Origin: Octopus sinensis
Lineage: Eukaryota
Assembly: GCF_006345805.1 (NCBI RefSeq)
Contig: NC_043005.1
Location: 87,358,001-87,422,000 of the forward strand
Direction of reading: 5' to 3'
Length of the DNA: 64,000 bases
The notes under the pieces are model-generated. The model searched no databases and was not told the origin of the DNA. It worked only from the letters and a program-made list of their open reading frames with translations. Made by a program: the position numbers and the translations under genes. Of the stretch, positions 42,085 through 56,148 are shown one piece after another. The stretch's first letter is position 1, and every line of letters begins with the position of its first letter.

Positions 42085-42660
42085 CGGTCAGCTGGCAGAA
42101 ACGTTAGCACACCGGGCAAAAGGCTTAGCGGTAATTCGTCTGCCGCTACGTTCTGAGTTTTAATTCCGCCGACGTCGACTTTGCCTTTCATCCTTTCGGG
42201 GTCGATTAAATAAGTACCAGTTACGCACTGGGGTCGATATAATCGACTTAATCCGTTTGTCTGACCTTCTTTGTCCCCTCTGTGTGTAGCCCCTTATGGA
42301 TAGTAAAGAAATAGGTATTTTGTCTGCCGTTACGTTCTGAGTTCAAATTCCGCCGAGGTCGACTTTGACTTTCATCGCACTGGGGTCGATGTAATCGACT
42401 TAATCCCTTTGTCTGACCTTGTTTCTCCCCTCTATGTTTAATCCCCTGTGGGCAATAAAGAAATAAGAATCGTTAGCCGGGTAAAATGCTTAAATGTATT
42501 TCGTCTGCCGTTACGTTCTAAGTTCAAATTCCATCGAGGTCGACTTTGCCTTTCATCCTTTCGGATTCGATAAATTAAGTACCAGTTGCGTACTGGGCTC
42601 GATCGCATCGACAGCCCCCACTCCCTAGATTTCTGGCTTTGTGCTTATAATAGAAAGGAA
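42085..42660 (+). mobile_element. Tandem trimer of SINE family A modules
   Basis: Three successive gtctgccg.tacgttct.agtt..aattcc..cga.gtcgactttg modules starting near 42087, 42315 and 42470. Confidence 0.85.
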
Positions 42661-44612
42661 TACAAACAGAATTTGCCATTTACTGTTATAATTCACAAAT
42701 TTTGATGCTAGCAACAATTATTATTTTATTGCGTTCACCTTAAATCGTCACAAAAATCTGGTAAACAAAAGTGTCTACTATTCCGAGGTACAGTTCAAAT
42801 ATGTGTTGGCTTTATTTGCATGCATGTTGAAGACAATTTGCTATGACTGGGGCATAAGGGTCGCACGTGGGTCTGTGTGGTAAGATGTTTTTTCCCCAGA
42901 CACCTGGTTCCGGGTTGAGACCCACTGCGTGCAACCTTAGACAAGTGTATTCTACTATAGCTTCGGCCGACCAAAGCCTGGTAAATGAATGGGGTATATG
43001 GAAAGCAAAGGAGGCCAGTTTCATGTGTGTGTGTGTGTGATAGATTGGGGTGAAAGTCTGACGTAATAAATGCTATTACATTGCACACTTCTATAAAAGG
43101 AAAATAACTCGAAATTCAAACAACAACATTTATTAACTACAACGGATTCTAAATTTTTATCCTTCGTTGCAATATTTTACGTAAAATTTTCTTTTTCTGT
43201 ACTTTAACAGGTGTAATAACTTATCCTTAACTTTTCCAAGTGTAATAACTTGTCCTATAGTTTTCCAGGTTTATAAACTTAAGAATATTCCTCTTCGCAT
43301 TTTTCCATGTAATCCACGTTTTTACCAGGCTATGTTATTATGCTAATTAATAATGTGTTAATTAGTAATTTAAGATATTACCTTATGCTTTCTTCTATCA
43401 TTTAAGCTAAGATAAATATATTTTGCTTCTAAAATGAAAATTTATTTAGTTCTAAACTTGTTAGAGACTTTACTTACATGGACTAGTCCCCTTAAAAGAT
43501 CTTCACAGTTTTCAATTTGGTTAGGAACAGAATTAGATACAGAGCTCTGAAAGATGCTGCGTGCGAGTAAATTGCGGCCTTCAGAATATTCTTTGAGAAG
43601 TGTTAAAACATGAGAAATTCCTTTATCTTGTCTCAGATATTACGGGGCTGTGTTTACATGATATAATTACATTAATTAATACAGATGACGTAATTAAACT
43701 AATTACAAACTTGGGTGTCATTGATAATGTTGTCCTTACCTCAATGATACTGGTGACATATATAAAAAGTTCCTTTATAGAACTATATTATCACCTTCAA
43801 ATTTAAGAAACAAACACTCATAACATTTTTCTTTTAACATATCATTGTATGAGATTGATACCATGAAATTTCTCGAATTGAGCCCTATCATTTAAGCTTA
43901 ATTAAAATACAGCTTGTTTTTAAAATTAAAAAAAGTTAATTATACTTAGATTCAATATTTTGCCTTATATTTTTTCATGGTATTTTACCTCACAACTTTT
44001 TTATACAAATTGTTGCATGGGTCGAAGACTAAGAAATTCTTCATGCTTTCTTCTATCATTGAAACTAAGATAAATTTATTTTGCTTTTAAAATGAAAAAG
44101 TTATTTAGATCTAAACTTGATTGGTGGCGTTACTTACTCTCCCATAACGTTGCTACAAATGTTGACGTAAACTTTTTATACAGGACCAAATAACATTTTT
44201 TTTAATGCCAAAATGTAGCTAGGGAGCAGACCTCTTCAGATATTATAACGGTTTTCCATTTGGTTAAAAACTCAATTAGCAACAAGGTCTCAAAATGTTG
44301 CATGGTGTAAATTGCGGCCTCAAAAATATTATTCAACTTCTACCGTAGTTGGATTATATATATATATATATATGAAGATAAGACAGTTGTTTAAATAACG
44401 ATCAAATCAGGTCCAGCATGGGAAGGACAAAACTTATACGTCATAATTATTATGAAAATTATAAATAAGGGTATCTAAGAGATGTCACCATGCTTGAAAT
44501 AGCAGTCAAAACTTGACAATAAAACATCATGTATTGAATACGTGATGTAGCTTTAGAGGCAGGTGTTGACTGCTATTTCAAGCAAGGTGGCATCTCTTAG
44601 ATATCCTTATTT

Positions 44613-44665
<53 letters not shown>

Positions 44666-46717
44666 TATACACACGTGTATATATATGTATATATATATAC
44701 ATATACATATACATACATGCATATATACATGTACATACGTTTGCTTTTATGTTTGTATTTGTCCGCCTCCCACTGCCACTTGGCAGCCGGTGTTGGTGTT
44801 TGTACGTCCCTGTAAAGCAGCAGTCCAACAAAAACGACTGATACAATAAATGCCGAGCTCTAAAATATACAGCGATCGATTCAATCGAGAAAAGTTCCTC
44901 AAGTTTGTGCCCCATGATGGCCGCTGTCTAGTGACTCAATCAAGTACAAGACTAAAGATATTTTTTCTGGGCCGATAAAATAGTACCAGTTGAGCATTGT
45001 GATCGATCTAATCGACTAGTCCTCTCACTGGAAATCTACTGGCCTTGTGCTAAAATTTGAACCCATATAAATAGCCCCAAGGAGCAATCTAATAGCTTAT
45101 GTCATACATATGGTTTGGCATCAACTATTAGCTGGTGATGAGGAAGGGAAAGTGAAAAAAAAATTGTAAAAGGTTGGAAAAAATAGTTTTCTCATGTTTC
45201 TGAAATATACTTGATTAGTAAAGATTGGATGAAATTGGGTCATGAGGAATGTCAATACATGTGGAACTCGGTTTTTCACCGGATCTGAAGTCTGCGATAT
45301 TTTTTAATGTGCACGACTGCCTGCTGGTATCACAACAGGTAAATGTTTGGGCGATAGAAGAATGTATTGCAATATGCGAATATTAAAAAAAAAAATTCTT
45401 TTTAAATAAATAAACTGTTACAGGTAGTTCAGCGTTGCCAAAAATAACTTTGTCAGAAGCTAAGCGTGATCTACGATGGAAAATCTAGAGCAACGCGTTT
45501 TATGCCGACAGGAGTTCGACAATGTGATTCAGATACATGACAGGAGATGCGGAGATTATGTCAGCTTACATGCCAAATCGGATCAATACAAGATTATTGA
45601 GATATTAAGACTTCTCTAAACAAAGATTATATAGGTACTGCTATATAATATACTAAGTATTCAATGGTAAAATGAATGCCGATAACATGATATAATGTAG
45701 AGTAGGGCATTTCGGCTTTCTTGGACTTTCTTGAGGGAAGCTCTCATAGCCACGTACCAAGACATGATTTAGAGAACATTTATTAATACATTCGTTTGCG
45801 TTCCACATATCTGCCTGGATGAATAACAGTCCGAGTTACGCAAATGGAACAGCATTAAATCAAAACAGCCTTCTATATATCATTCGTAATGTATTTAAAT
45901 CGTTGACAAGCAAACTAATGCAAATTGGTCCGAAATAAAATATTTCCCGTAGACTAACAGTGTTTATATTTGGAAGCACAGTATATAAATATATAGATGA
46001 AATATGAAAACCTGTCTTCCAAGCGACTGATGAGAATGCCTGATGCATTTTGGTCTCGAGGTTAACATTTGGCTATATCTGGAGCAAAAGGAATCTATAA
46101 TTAGACACGGGTCCCTATTTCTTTTTATCTTTCTTATTCCAGCTTAGTTAACTTTTAATCCTCAGTGCTACCCCCTACAAAACCTACCTTCACTTTCATG
46201 CAATTAACGTGTCTGAAATACATTTACCTCTGTTTTCTCGCACCAAATGTTATTATTTATTACATTCTTCTGTTTTTCTACTCTGTATACATCAATTCAC
46301 TATCCTATACTGTGTGTAAAAATATCTTCATATATCTAGCCTATACTAATATAACACTTGTTAGAGTAACTTTGTCATATTTGATGAATGGTACGGTAAT
46401 TTAAAAGTACTGCTGAAACTAAGTTAAATTTTTAGTAGGTTCTACAAATATGAATTTTCATTTGTACAATGTACATCATTGGCATCGAGACGGTTTCTGC
46501 TGAGAACATAATATATATAAAAGTGGTCGCTTGCTTTGTTAATGGAGTCAGAGTTGAACTTACCAGTAGAAGACGTATGGAATTTCCTTAAGAAAACTTT
46601 CTACTTTCGGAACCAACAATGATATTTGTTATATTCGTTTTTGTTTTATATTGCAATGTTATTGTTGTTTTATATTTTGACATTGATAAAATACCTTAGT
46701 GTTCCGACGTATCTGAT

Positions 46718-46751
<34 letters not shown>

Positions 46752-47786
46752 ATATATATATACATAGCCTCTACAATTTACAGAGCTGTGCTAGCTGCTA
46801 CGTTTTCTCACTAACACGCTATGCTGTAGTTATATTTATGTTTCCGTCTGTAAGAACATTTCAGTAACTGCCCGAGTCGCAGCCTGTCTTGCTATAATGG
46901 TAAGATATTAATATTTGCTGCAAGATATTGATGTAAGGAAGTTTATATACCTTTTCGCTTTTGCCTTTCCCTTGTTTCAGTCATTAGACAGCGACCGTGC
47001 TGGGGCCCCAACTTGAGGAACTTTTAGTAGAACGAATAGACGCCAGTCGTTATTATTTTCCTTTATATCTGCTACATTTTCTATCGGCCGCTTTTTGCCG
47101 AAACTCTACACCACTGGGACGTTAACACAGCAACACTAGTGAGCAAGCGATGTCAGAAGAAACAAGCACACACATACACACACACACACCACATATATAT
47201 ATATAATATATATGTGTATGTGTATAAATTAGAATATTACTACAATTCAATAATATTATTTTCCAGCGAAATAAAGCACCGTATATGTAGAATTATAAAT
47301 AGGAAATAGTGGTACAACAAGGTTCCAATTTTTGCTGGAAATAACAGTCGGTAAATGTAACGATGTTATGTAAAGCTTCGCTGAATGCATAGAGGAAAAT
47401 AATATTATTATAATAATAGTATAATATTTACAATTTTTATATAAAACTTTTCCCTGATCTCGCTTCTGTTATTGGTTGGGGCTATTGGCCGAGTATACAG
47501 GCATTGATGTAGCGGTTATTTTTAATTTAGTCTTCCAGTAGACCTCGCCGACAAACAGCAGTCAGTTTTACGATAACAAACGTCTTGTAGAAAGTCCGAA
47601 ATTTGAGTACTAGGTTGTCCATCTCTCTGGTGTTCATACTTCAGGTAAGATGAAAACCTTTTATGTTCGTCACCCGCACACATCTTTGCCTCTTTATATT
47701 CAGTGAAGCTTTACATGGCGTAGCACGGTTATCGACTGCTATTTCCAGCAAACATACGTATAGGTACATGCGTACATCTATACGTG

Positions 47787-47861
<75 letters not shown>

Positions 47862-49681
47862 TATATATATATATATGTATGTATATATATGCAAATGTGG
47901 GAACAGGACGTCATGAAACGTGTACAACAAGGAATATGAACTATTTTTTCAAATAACGAAAGACACAAATGGTAAACAAGATAAACAACATAAAGAACGA
48001 CCCTTCATGAGTTGTTGGCTGTTTTTTTTTTCTACTCTCGTATTTCGAGCATTTAACAACGTATGTGTGCATGATGGGCTTCTTTCTGTTTCCATCTATT
48101 TCCAAATTCACTCACGCAGGTTTGGTCGGCCCAAAGCTATAGTAGACGATACTAGTATCCGAACCAGCCCCATGTGGTTGGGAAGAAAACTTCGTACCGC
48201 GCAGAAGTTTTTCAATGCAAAGTCTTCGTCCATAAATAAATAGAGTAGGCTATAAAGCCTAACGTAGTTGTTGAAATCGTATTTACAATTACATACGTCT
48301 ACCCTGCTGTTCAGCTCTTATGCGTTCTCACTCACGGCAGCTTCATATTTAACTTATAAAATGTCTAAAACTGTGAGAGGAAAATATTGTATTCTTGCTT
48401 ACATTATTACGAAAGCAGAAAGGAGGGATGGCCACCCCTCAACACAAATTCAGTGTGTTTTACGATGTTTGCTAAGGTCACACATAGTAGAAGAATTCCA
48501 TCGTAACTTAACTGATGCTACTCATTTCTCTAATATTCACACGTGGAGACATCGTTTTGATGGCTTTACGCGAACAAATAGATCTCAGTCGTTATTTTTA
48601 CGTCGGTACGTCATTCTATCCGTCTGTATTGCTGAAACGCTAACTTAGGCGGAAGTAGAAAATACACCAGTACCAGTTGACAATCGGTGGTGGAGACAAA
48701 CACAAACACAAAGATAACAAATTATTCATGCATTCTTAAATTACGTTATTCTGTTAAGACTTAGTTTTCATGAATACTACTATATTAATAGCTTAGCATT
48801 TGCAACTAGTTACTTCAGTAATTACATTTATCTGTTATTTTAATTTGATATATCTGATGTAACGAGTGAAATTAATCCGGGAATACTTGGAATGCTCGAA
48901 ACAGAAGTGTATAAGACTACTTCTATGTTAATGGATGTCATACGATTCATATTCAGTCGAAATGCGAATGATATGAAATACATACAAATACATATTACAT
49001 ATATATATATATATGTAATATATTATATTCAACTACGGTAGTAATTGAATAATATTCTTACGACTGCAATTTACTCACACAGCATATTTCCGACGTTGTC
49101 GCTCATTCAGTTCTGAACCAAATTGATAACTGTTAATATTTTAAAAGAGAACTGGTCCCTAGCTACATTTTGTAATAGCAAAATTCAGATTCGGTGCAGT
49201 AGAAAAAGTTTACATTAAAAATTGTAGTGACGTTATAGGAGAGTAAGTAAGGCTACCAATCAAGTTTAGATCTAAATAACTATTTTATTTTGAAAGCAAA
49301 ATGTATTTATCTTAGCTTCTATAATAGAAGAAAACGTTAAGAATTCCATAGCTTTGGTTCCATGCAACAAAATTGGTAAAATATCATGAAGAAAATATAA
49401 GGCAAAAACTTGGTGTAATAACTTGTCCTGTACATTTACAGATTTTTATAATCTTAAGAATATTATTATATATACACACACACACACATATATATATATA
49501 CATATATATATATATAATATATATATATATATATAATATATATATATTATATATATATATATGCTTATATATATACAAATATATACATAAGTGTATACAT
49601 ATATATGTATATATTTGTGTATGTACACATTTACACGCACACATATATGTGTGTGTATGTATACATACATACACAAACACA

Positions 49682-49713
<32 letters not shown>

Positions 49714-49742
49714 ACACACACATATATATATATAATATATAT

Positions 49743-49776
<34 letters not shown>

Positions 49777-50061
49777 GTATTAATAAGATAGGAGACGGAA
49801 TGTGTATTCTACTTTTATATATTATGTACAACACATGCTTCGACTCGTCGTTGTCGGTCTCTTAGGGTAAAACTGGAGTAAGTGTATGGATAACAGGTAA
49901 CATAAACTGTGCCGGTGATTTAATCATCATCTATTTATATATTTTCTTTAATTTTTCCATTATATATATTATGTGATATCATCAACATAGCGACATACCA
50001 TATCATCAACATACACACAGATAACCATAGTCACAAGGACACGAATAAACATTGTGTCATA

Positions 50062-50460
50062 GGGGTATAGGGATACAACATCCATGCTACGCACCATAGA
50101 TCCTGTCAGGTCATATGTGTTGTTACAGTCACTGATCCTGCTGAGGAGATCTTCTGTGTTGTCGCACACATCAGGTGACATCCGGATTATAGGGCGTATG
50201 ATCATTGAGAGGAAGTAGGAGATTCTGTAATTGCTAGCGATATTGGCTCCACAGACTGGTCTTATTGGTGGTCCTGCTATAGGGTCAGTGGTTACTTTAT
50301 GGTCCTTGCGAAGTCCATACAGTGACGGGATATCGTTGTTCCAGGCTTGGAAATTGTTTGCTGTGCGTTTCTGGGGTCCCAGAACAATTGTTCACATCAT
50401 CATGTGGGCGTTGAGGACGTTTTCTCTCTCCTCATGCGCCCATAGATACTTGCAAGATCT
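50062..50460 (-). pseudogene. Penelope-like element reverse transcriptase fragment
   Basis: Manual translation: ...RTANNFQAWNNDIPSLYGLRKDHKVTTDPIAGPPIRPVCGANIASNYRISYFLSMIIRPIIRMSPDVCDNTEDLLSRISDCNNTYDLTGSMVRSMDVVSLYP. This matches the PLE RT motifs P.LYGL.K.HK...P.RP.. and S.DV.SLYP. Confidence 0.85.
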
Positions 50461-50995
50461 ATGGGCTCTTTTGCAAATCGTTGGCGGGAGTTAAATGTCA
50501 CATTCGACAGACATAAGCATTATGAGTGACAAAGAAAGAGTAGATAGTCGGATCCTCATACGTCGAATCCAACGAGAAAGTAAATCAAATGTATATATAT
50601 ACATTTATAACATTTAATCTACGCAACTTCAAATTAGCTAACGCTAGTTTCATGCTTTAACATACATTAAATTGGTAAATGTATATAAAATGCTGTGTAT
50701 TTCTAACCACTCTTTGAGACTCGGTTCATAACGTCAGATGTATTAAGAACCAGGACGCTGGTCTATGAGCAAACATGAATAAAAAAGAATGGAGAAAATA
50801 AAAAAGAAAATGCGCGAAGGCCAGAGAGACCATGTATGTTTGTGCGTGCGTGTTGTGTGTGTGTGTGTGTGTGTGTGTGTGACAATGAAAGTCTATATTA
50901 AAATTTTGCTAATAGTTATTTCGTTCCAATACCCAGCAACAGACCGGTGCCACACCGTATAAGTCTTTGATTGTTACATATTTATATTAATACGT

Positions 50996-51372
50996 GGACG
51001 TGCAATAGTCCAGTGGTCAGGGTATCGGACTCGCGGTCGTAGGATCGCAGTTTCAATTCCCAGATCGGGCGTTGTGAGTGTTTATTGAGCGAAAACACCC
51101 GAAGCTCCACGACCTCCGCATGGGGGGGGGGGAGGCGAACCCTGCTGTACACTTTCACCACGACTTTCACTCTTTCTTCCTGTTTCTGTTGTACCTGTAT
51201 TTCAAAGGGGCCAGCCTTGCCACACTTTGTGTCACGCCGAATCTCCCCGAGAAGTATACTAAAGGTACACGTGTCTGTGGAGTGCTCAGCCACTTGCACG
51301 TTAATATCACGAACTGGATGTTCTGTTGATCGTATAAACTGGAACCCTCGTCGTCGCAAGCGACGGAGTGCC
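50996..51372 (+). mobile_element. SINE family B, full length
   Basis: tRNA-like head plus the complete body ending ggaaccctcgtcgtcgcaagcgacggagtgcc. Confidence 0.88.
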
Positions 51373-53422
51373 GCAAAAATATTAATCCGCTAGTATAGTA
51401 TACTATAATTAAGCAAAAATAGTTTGATACAAATATTCCAAAGCGTAGGGAAAATATTTTAATTAAGAGAATAAATCATTATTTATTCATTAAATTGTTT
51501 TATATTTCATCATTGAAAAATTAAAAGAAACAAAAGAACAAACACCAAAAACAGTTAAAATTGCATAGAAACAGTCACAAGAAGTAAGAGCTAAATAATG
51601 TTTCAAGCAAATGTTCGGCTGCGGTCTTTGTATGTAGATTAGCTTTTGTGGCTGTTAATCGTTATAAACCTGTTAGGCTTAGGATGTGAAAGAAGAAATG
51701 CCTAATACAAGCAAACACGCCGAACACTCACGCAATGCACACGCATATGCAGAACGCATGTGTTATGAGCGGGGAGGTAACATTGTATGCTTGGAAGTAT
51801 CCGTGCATAATTGAGTGTATAAGGTAAGCATCAACGTATGATATGTATGCATTTATATATATATAAAGCTGAAGTTGCCTGTGTATGGCGGGATTGGTAG
51901 CCTTCAACTACCACTATTCCCTCGGAGATCCTGCGGCGCAAGTTGACCAACATTGAGAGTATGATAGAAGAAGGCTTTCTCTTCCTTCCGTAGGAGAAAA
52001 AATTCAAATCGAAACATGTTAACACCAAAAATTATTTACATTAAACAGGTGCTTTTTTTTTTCTATGAAAATCCCTATTTCTTAACGATTTTTTTACTGC
52101 TGTGTCGCTATTTTTCGGTATATTTCAAGCAGAAAAATGTTCACTTAAAGAAAATAAGAAGCTACATAATGCAAAAGTTTTGCTTTTCAAATATTCACCT
52201 ACAGTAATAATGCCTCGAATAGGATCTGGGTCATCTTAGATAGATAAAGATTTCACTTATATTTCCTCATGTCCGAATCTGTGGCCACTTACTCAAACGT
52301 TCCAAGGTATTTTGTTGCACCTCTTCGGCCAGGACCCTGGTGTCCGCTGCAAGCTTATTATTGTTTTCTCATTTCTAACATACTGGGCTATCTTCTTTCT
52401 GCCACCGAGTTTATTAATCTAACTTACATTATCATTTAGCAGGCCTGTGGTTAATGCCTATTTAATGTAATTTAGAGAATTAACATAATTATTCGATGCT
52501 TCTTTTTTTTATTTCCATTGTCTATCTGAATGTTTGTCACATTCCTGGTTCCTTTAACTTTGGAAGTTTTGGAAATATCGTTGCTGTCAGATTCAATTGT
52601 CCTTTGATTTCTTCGTAATTCATTTCTCTACTCATATGTGAATATCTAGATAGCTTCATATTCCTTATTTGCAAGCGGAATATAAAGTGCTTGATACGCC
52701 TTCCTTATTCATGAGGTTGGCATAGTCGTGACACATTCTTTATGGTTATTATGAGTCTGCTATAAACATATTCACTTTGGCAGATTCCGACACATTTTTC
52801 TCCGGGCATTGGCGATTTCACCATGCATACAAACATACATACATATAGACAGTCGCACAAGCACATACACATACCTGTATATACATACATACATACATAC
52901 ATATATATTATATAGATATATATATATTATTATATATACACTCACGTCTTTACATAGTTTGATGCACACTAGGGCCCAATGTGTGACGAGATTGCGTGGT
53001 AAGAAGTTTGAAACCCAGTCACATGGTTTCAGTCTCAGTCACACTGTGTGGCACCTTGGGCAACAGTCTTGTATTACAGCACCGGATTTGAGTGGATCTG
53101 GTCGACGGAAACTGAAAGAAGCCCGTCGTAAATATATATGTGTGTTTATGTGTGAGTGTGTGTGGGTGCATGTCTGTGTGCGTGCGCGATGCAAAAGGAA
53201 GCGGTGGGACTAGTGAAAGGTTTTAAAGGTAAGTACTGGAGAATACGCAACCGACGAAACCTTTCTAAGCGGTGCTCCAGTATGGCCGCAGCCCGATGGC
53301 TAAAACACGGAAAACACAAAACATAAACGATAGAACATATATAATTCTTCTTCAATGGTAGAACATGTAGTTAATACTATAAAATACATGAATACACATG
53401 TATCTCTCTGTCTGTCTCTCTG

Positions 53423-53463
<41 letters not shown>

Positions 53464-53828
53464 TCTCTTTATATATATTATTATATTAGATATATATATA
53501 TATGTGTATGTACGTATCTATGTATGTATGTATGTATGTATGTATGTGTGTGACCTAGGGATAAGGATGTTGCTCCTACTATCGCTAGGTCGTGAGTTCG
53601 ATTCCTAAACCGGGTAGCGCGTTAAGTTCTTGCGCAAAACACTTCATTTCACACATTCCATTCAACTCAGCTGTAAACGGATGAACTTGCGACGGAATAG
53701 CCATCCGATCAGGGAATATTTTGGGCAGCTTGATCGGCCACCTTGCTGACACCATTCGAAAGTGAGACGATTCAAAAAGCATTGTTACAAGCGATGGAGA
53801 ACAACATCCGGTAGTCTAGTCGATCCCG

Positions 53829-53870
<42 letters not shown>

Positions 53871-53959
53871 AGATTTCTTGTGGCCAACTTAATGAGGCAG
53901 TTCTAGGTGAGTGGAGAATGTTATTGTTATTTAATCCCCCAGAAACTTCGTTTCTAGTT

Positions 53960-54516
53960 GGCAATGTTTTTTTCACTTGTAATTCTATAAGTTTTGGACA
54001 GCAGATTAGCAGCGACATCTAGCAAGGCCAAGCTGCTCCAGACTAAAAAACGCAATGACCCTGAAACTAATCTCTGTATGTTAGCTTTTCTGGGTGGAGA
54101 TGATTATCTCCTCTGTTCGAGAGCTTAAAGGCACAGAACGCTTGTGTCGCCTAGCTAACTCAGAAACGATTTTTCTTGAGGAAAAATAATAGTAACATGC
54201 TCCCCTTTCCTGGGACTGCCACATTAATAATTTCTAATTTTGTAGATCAGCGAATGTTTTTCGCTTGGAATTCTATAAGTTTTCAACAGCAGATTAGCAG
54301 CGACATCTAGCAAGACCAAGTTACTCCGGACGGATGAAGGACAATAACACTGAAACTAGTCTCTGGTAGCTGGCTTTGCTGGGTAGAGGTGCTTATCTCG
54401 CCTCTTCTAAACCTTAAGGACACAGGACGCTTGTGTCGCACAGCCAACTAGAGACAATGTTTCTTGGGGCTAAATATAAAAGTAACAACCTTCGCTTCCC
54501 GGGGACTGCCACATTA
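53960..54516 (+). mobile_element. Two diverged 288-bp tandem units, each with a decayed type I hammerhead
   Basis: aattctataagtttt..acagcagattagcagcgacatctagcaag at 53981 and 54269. HHRs at 54038-54076 and 54326-54366; merging the two copies gives ccaga-CTGATGA-aggg caatga ccct-GAAA-ctag-TC-tctgg. Confidence 0.72.
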
Positions 54517-55086
54517 AGTTCTCATCAAGCAATCACTTTATTGAGCTTCTACTGCATATCTCTCTGAGAGATTTAGAAACGTAATATTTATACTTTTGTA
54601 TATATAATTATTTCTGCATACACCCACTCGAGAAACTGCCAATTTCACTAACTTTACACCAAGTTTCACGTTCCGTCGAACAAATCTTGTCGCAGGAAAC
54701 AAACATAAAAAAGAACCAGTTAAAATGGCTTGCAGTAAGATCATGCGCTAGAAAAAGCCAACAAAAACAAACAACAACAAGAAAAAGACCGAAAAATTGC
54801 AGGGGAATATTTCGTGGACTTCCACATCATTCAAGAAGATAAAATTATATTCGTTTATTTTGTCATGACAAGAAAAGCATTTTCGTGTTATATTGTGTAC
54901 GCATACTGATACATTTACTTTTCCTTGCAATCTGATACATATGCATGTGTGCGCATTATATATATATATGTAATATATATATACACACACACACACACAT
55001 ATATATAATAATATATATATATATATATATAATATATATATATATATATTTATTTATTTATTTATGTATACATATGTATGTGTGCG

Positions 55087-55123
<37 letters not shown>

Positions 55124-55244
55124 TAATTAGTTACCCCATACACCAACTCATGAACTCATGTATATAGATAGAGCACATTTGAGTATGTGCTTATGTGTCT
55201 ATACATACATACAAGCACATGCACACGCAGACACAACTTTAAAC

Positions 55245-55283
<39 letters not shown>

Positions 55284-55434
55284 TGCAGGCAATCTACTCA
55301 TTATTTCACCCTGAAGAACTCCGCCCCTTTCTACGCTGAAACGCTTTATATTTCTGGTTCGATATCGAAGTTTCTGCAATTGTTTGTCATATATATTCTT
55401 GCTTTCCGACCAATTGTTGGCAGGACAAAAGTTT

Positions 55435-55590
<156 letters not shown>

Positions 55591-55975
55591 GATGGTACTC
55601 TCTTTTCATATCTATATGCACATTAAATGAATTTTAGCGCATGAAGCAGCAGACTTGCGGATAATTGTATATGTGTAGATACCCGGTTAAACATGTGTAT
55701 GTTTCTGTGTAACTGAAATCCTACAAATTTGTATTTGTTTGGACATGTGTGTGTGTGTGTGTGTGTGGTGTGTGTGTGTGTGTGTGTGTGTGTGTGCATG
55801 TGTGTGAGTTGCAACAATATACGGAATAATTTTGTCTGCTTAAGTGTTCTTGCATACCATTGCATTTCTATGAATGACTGTTCTACGTGACTACACGCCA
55901 CCACACGCGCGTTATTTAATGTATATTTTCATGCTCGCATATTAGGCATGAGCTGCAAGCTCAAGTAAGGATATA

Positions 55976-56041
<66 letters not shown>

Positions 56042-56113
56042 TATATATATACATATGAATATATATATTATATATATATATATATATATAAAATATAATA
56101 TGTATATATATAC

Positions 56114-56148
<35 letters not shown>

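Noticed and set aside
46018-46080. ctgatgagaatgcctgatgcattttggtctcgaggttaacatttgg as a hammerhead
   Set aside because: GAAA is absent (GAGG) and stem I is poor; at most a very decayed copy.
47470-47650. Two reverse CCAAT boxes followed by a CAG/GTAAG donor-like site as a promoter and first exon
   Set aside because: Short motifs expected by chance; no open frame and no transcript evidence.
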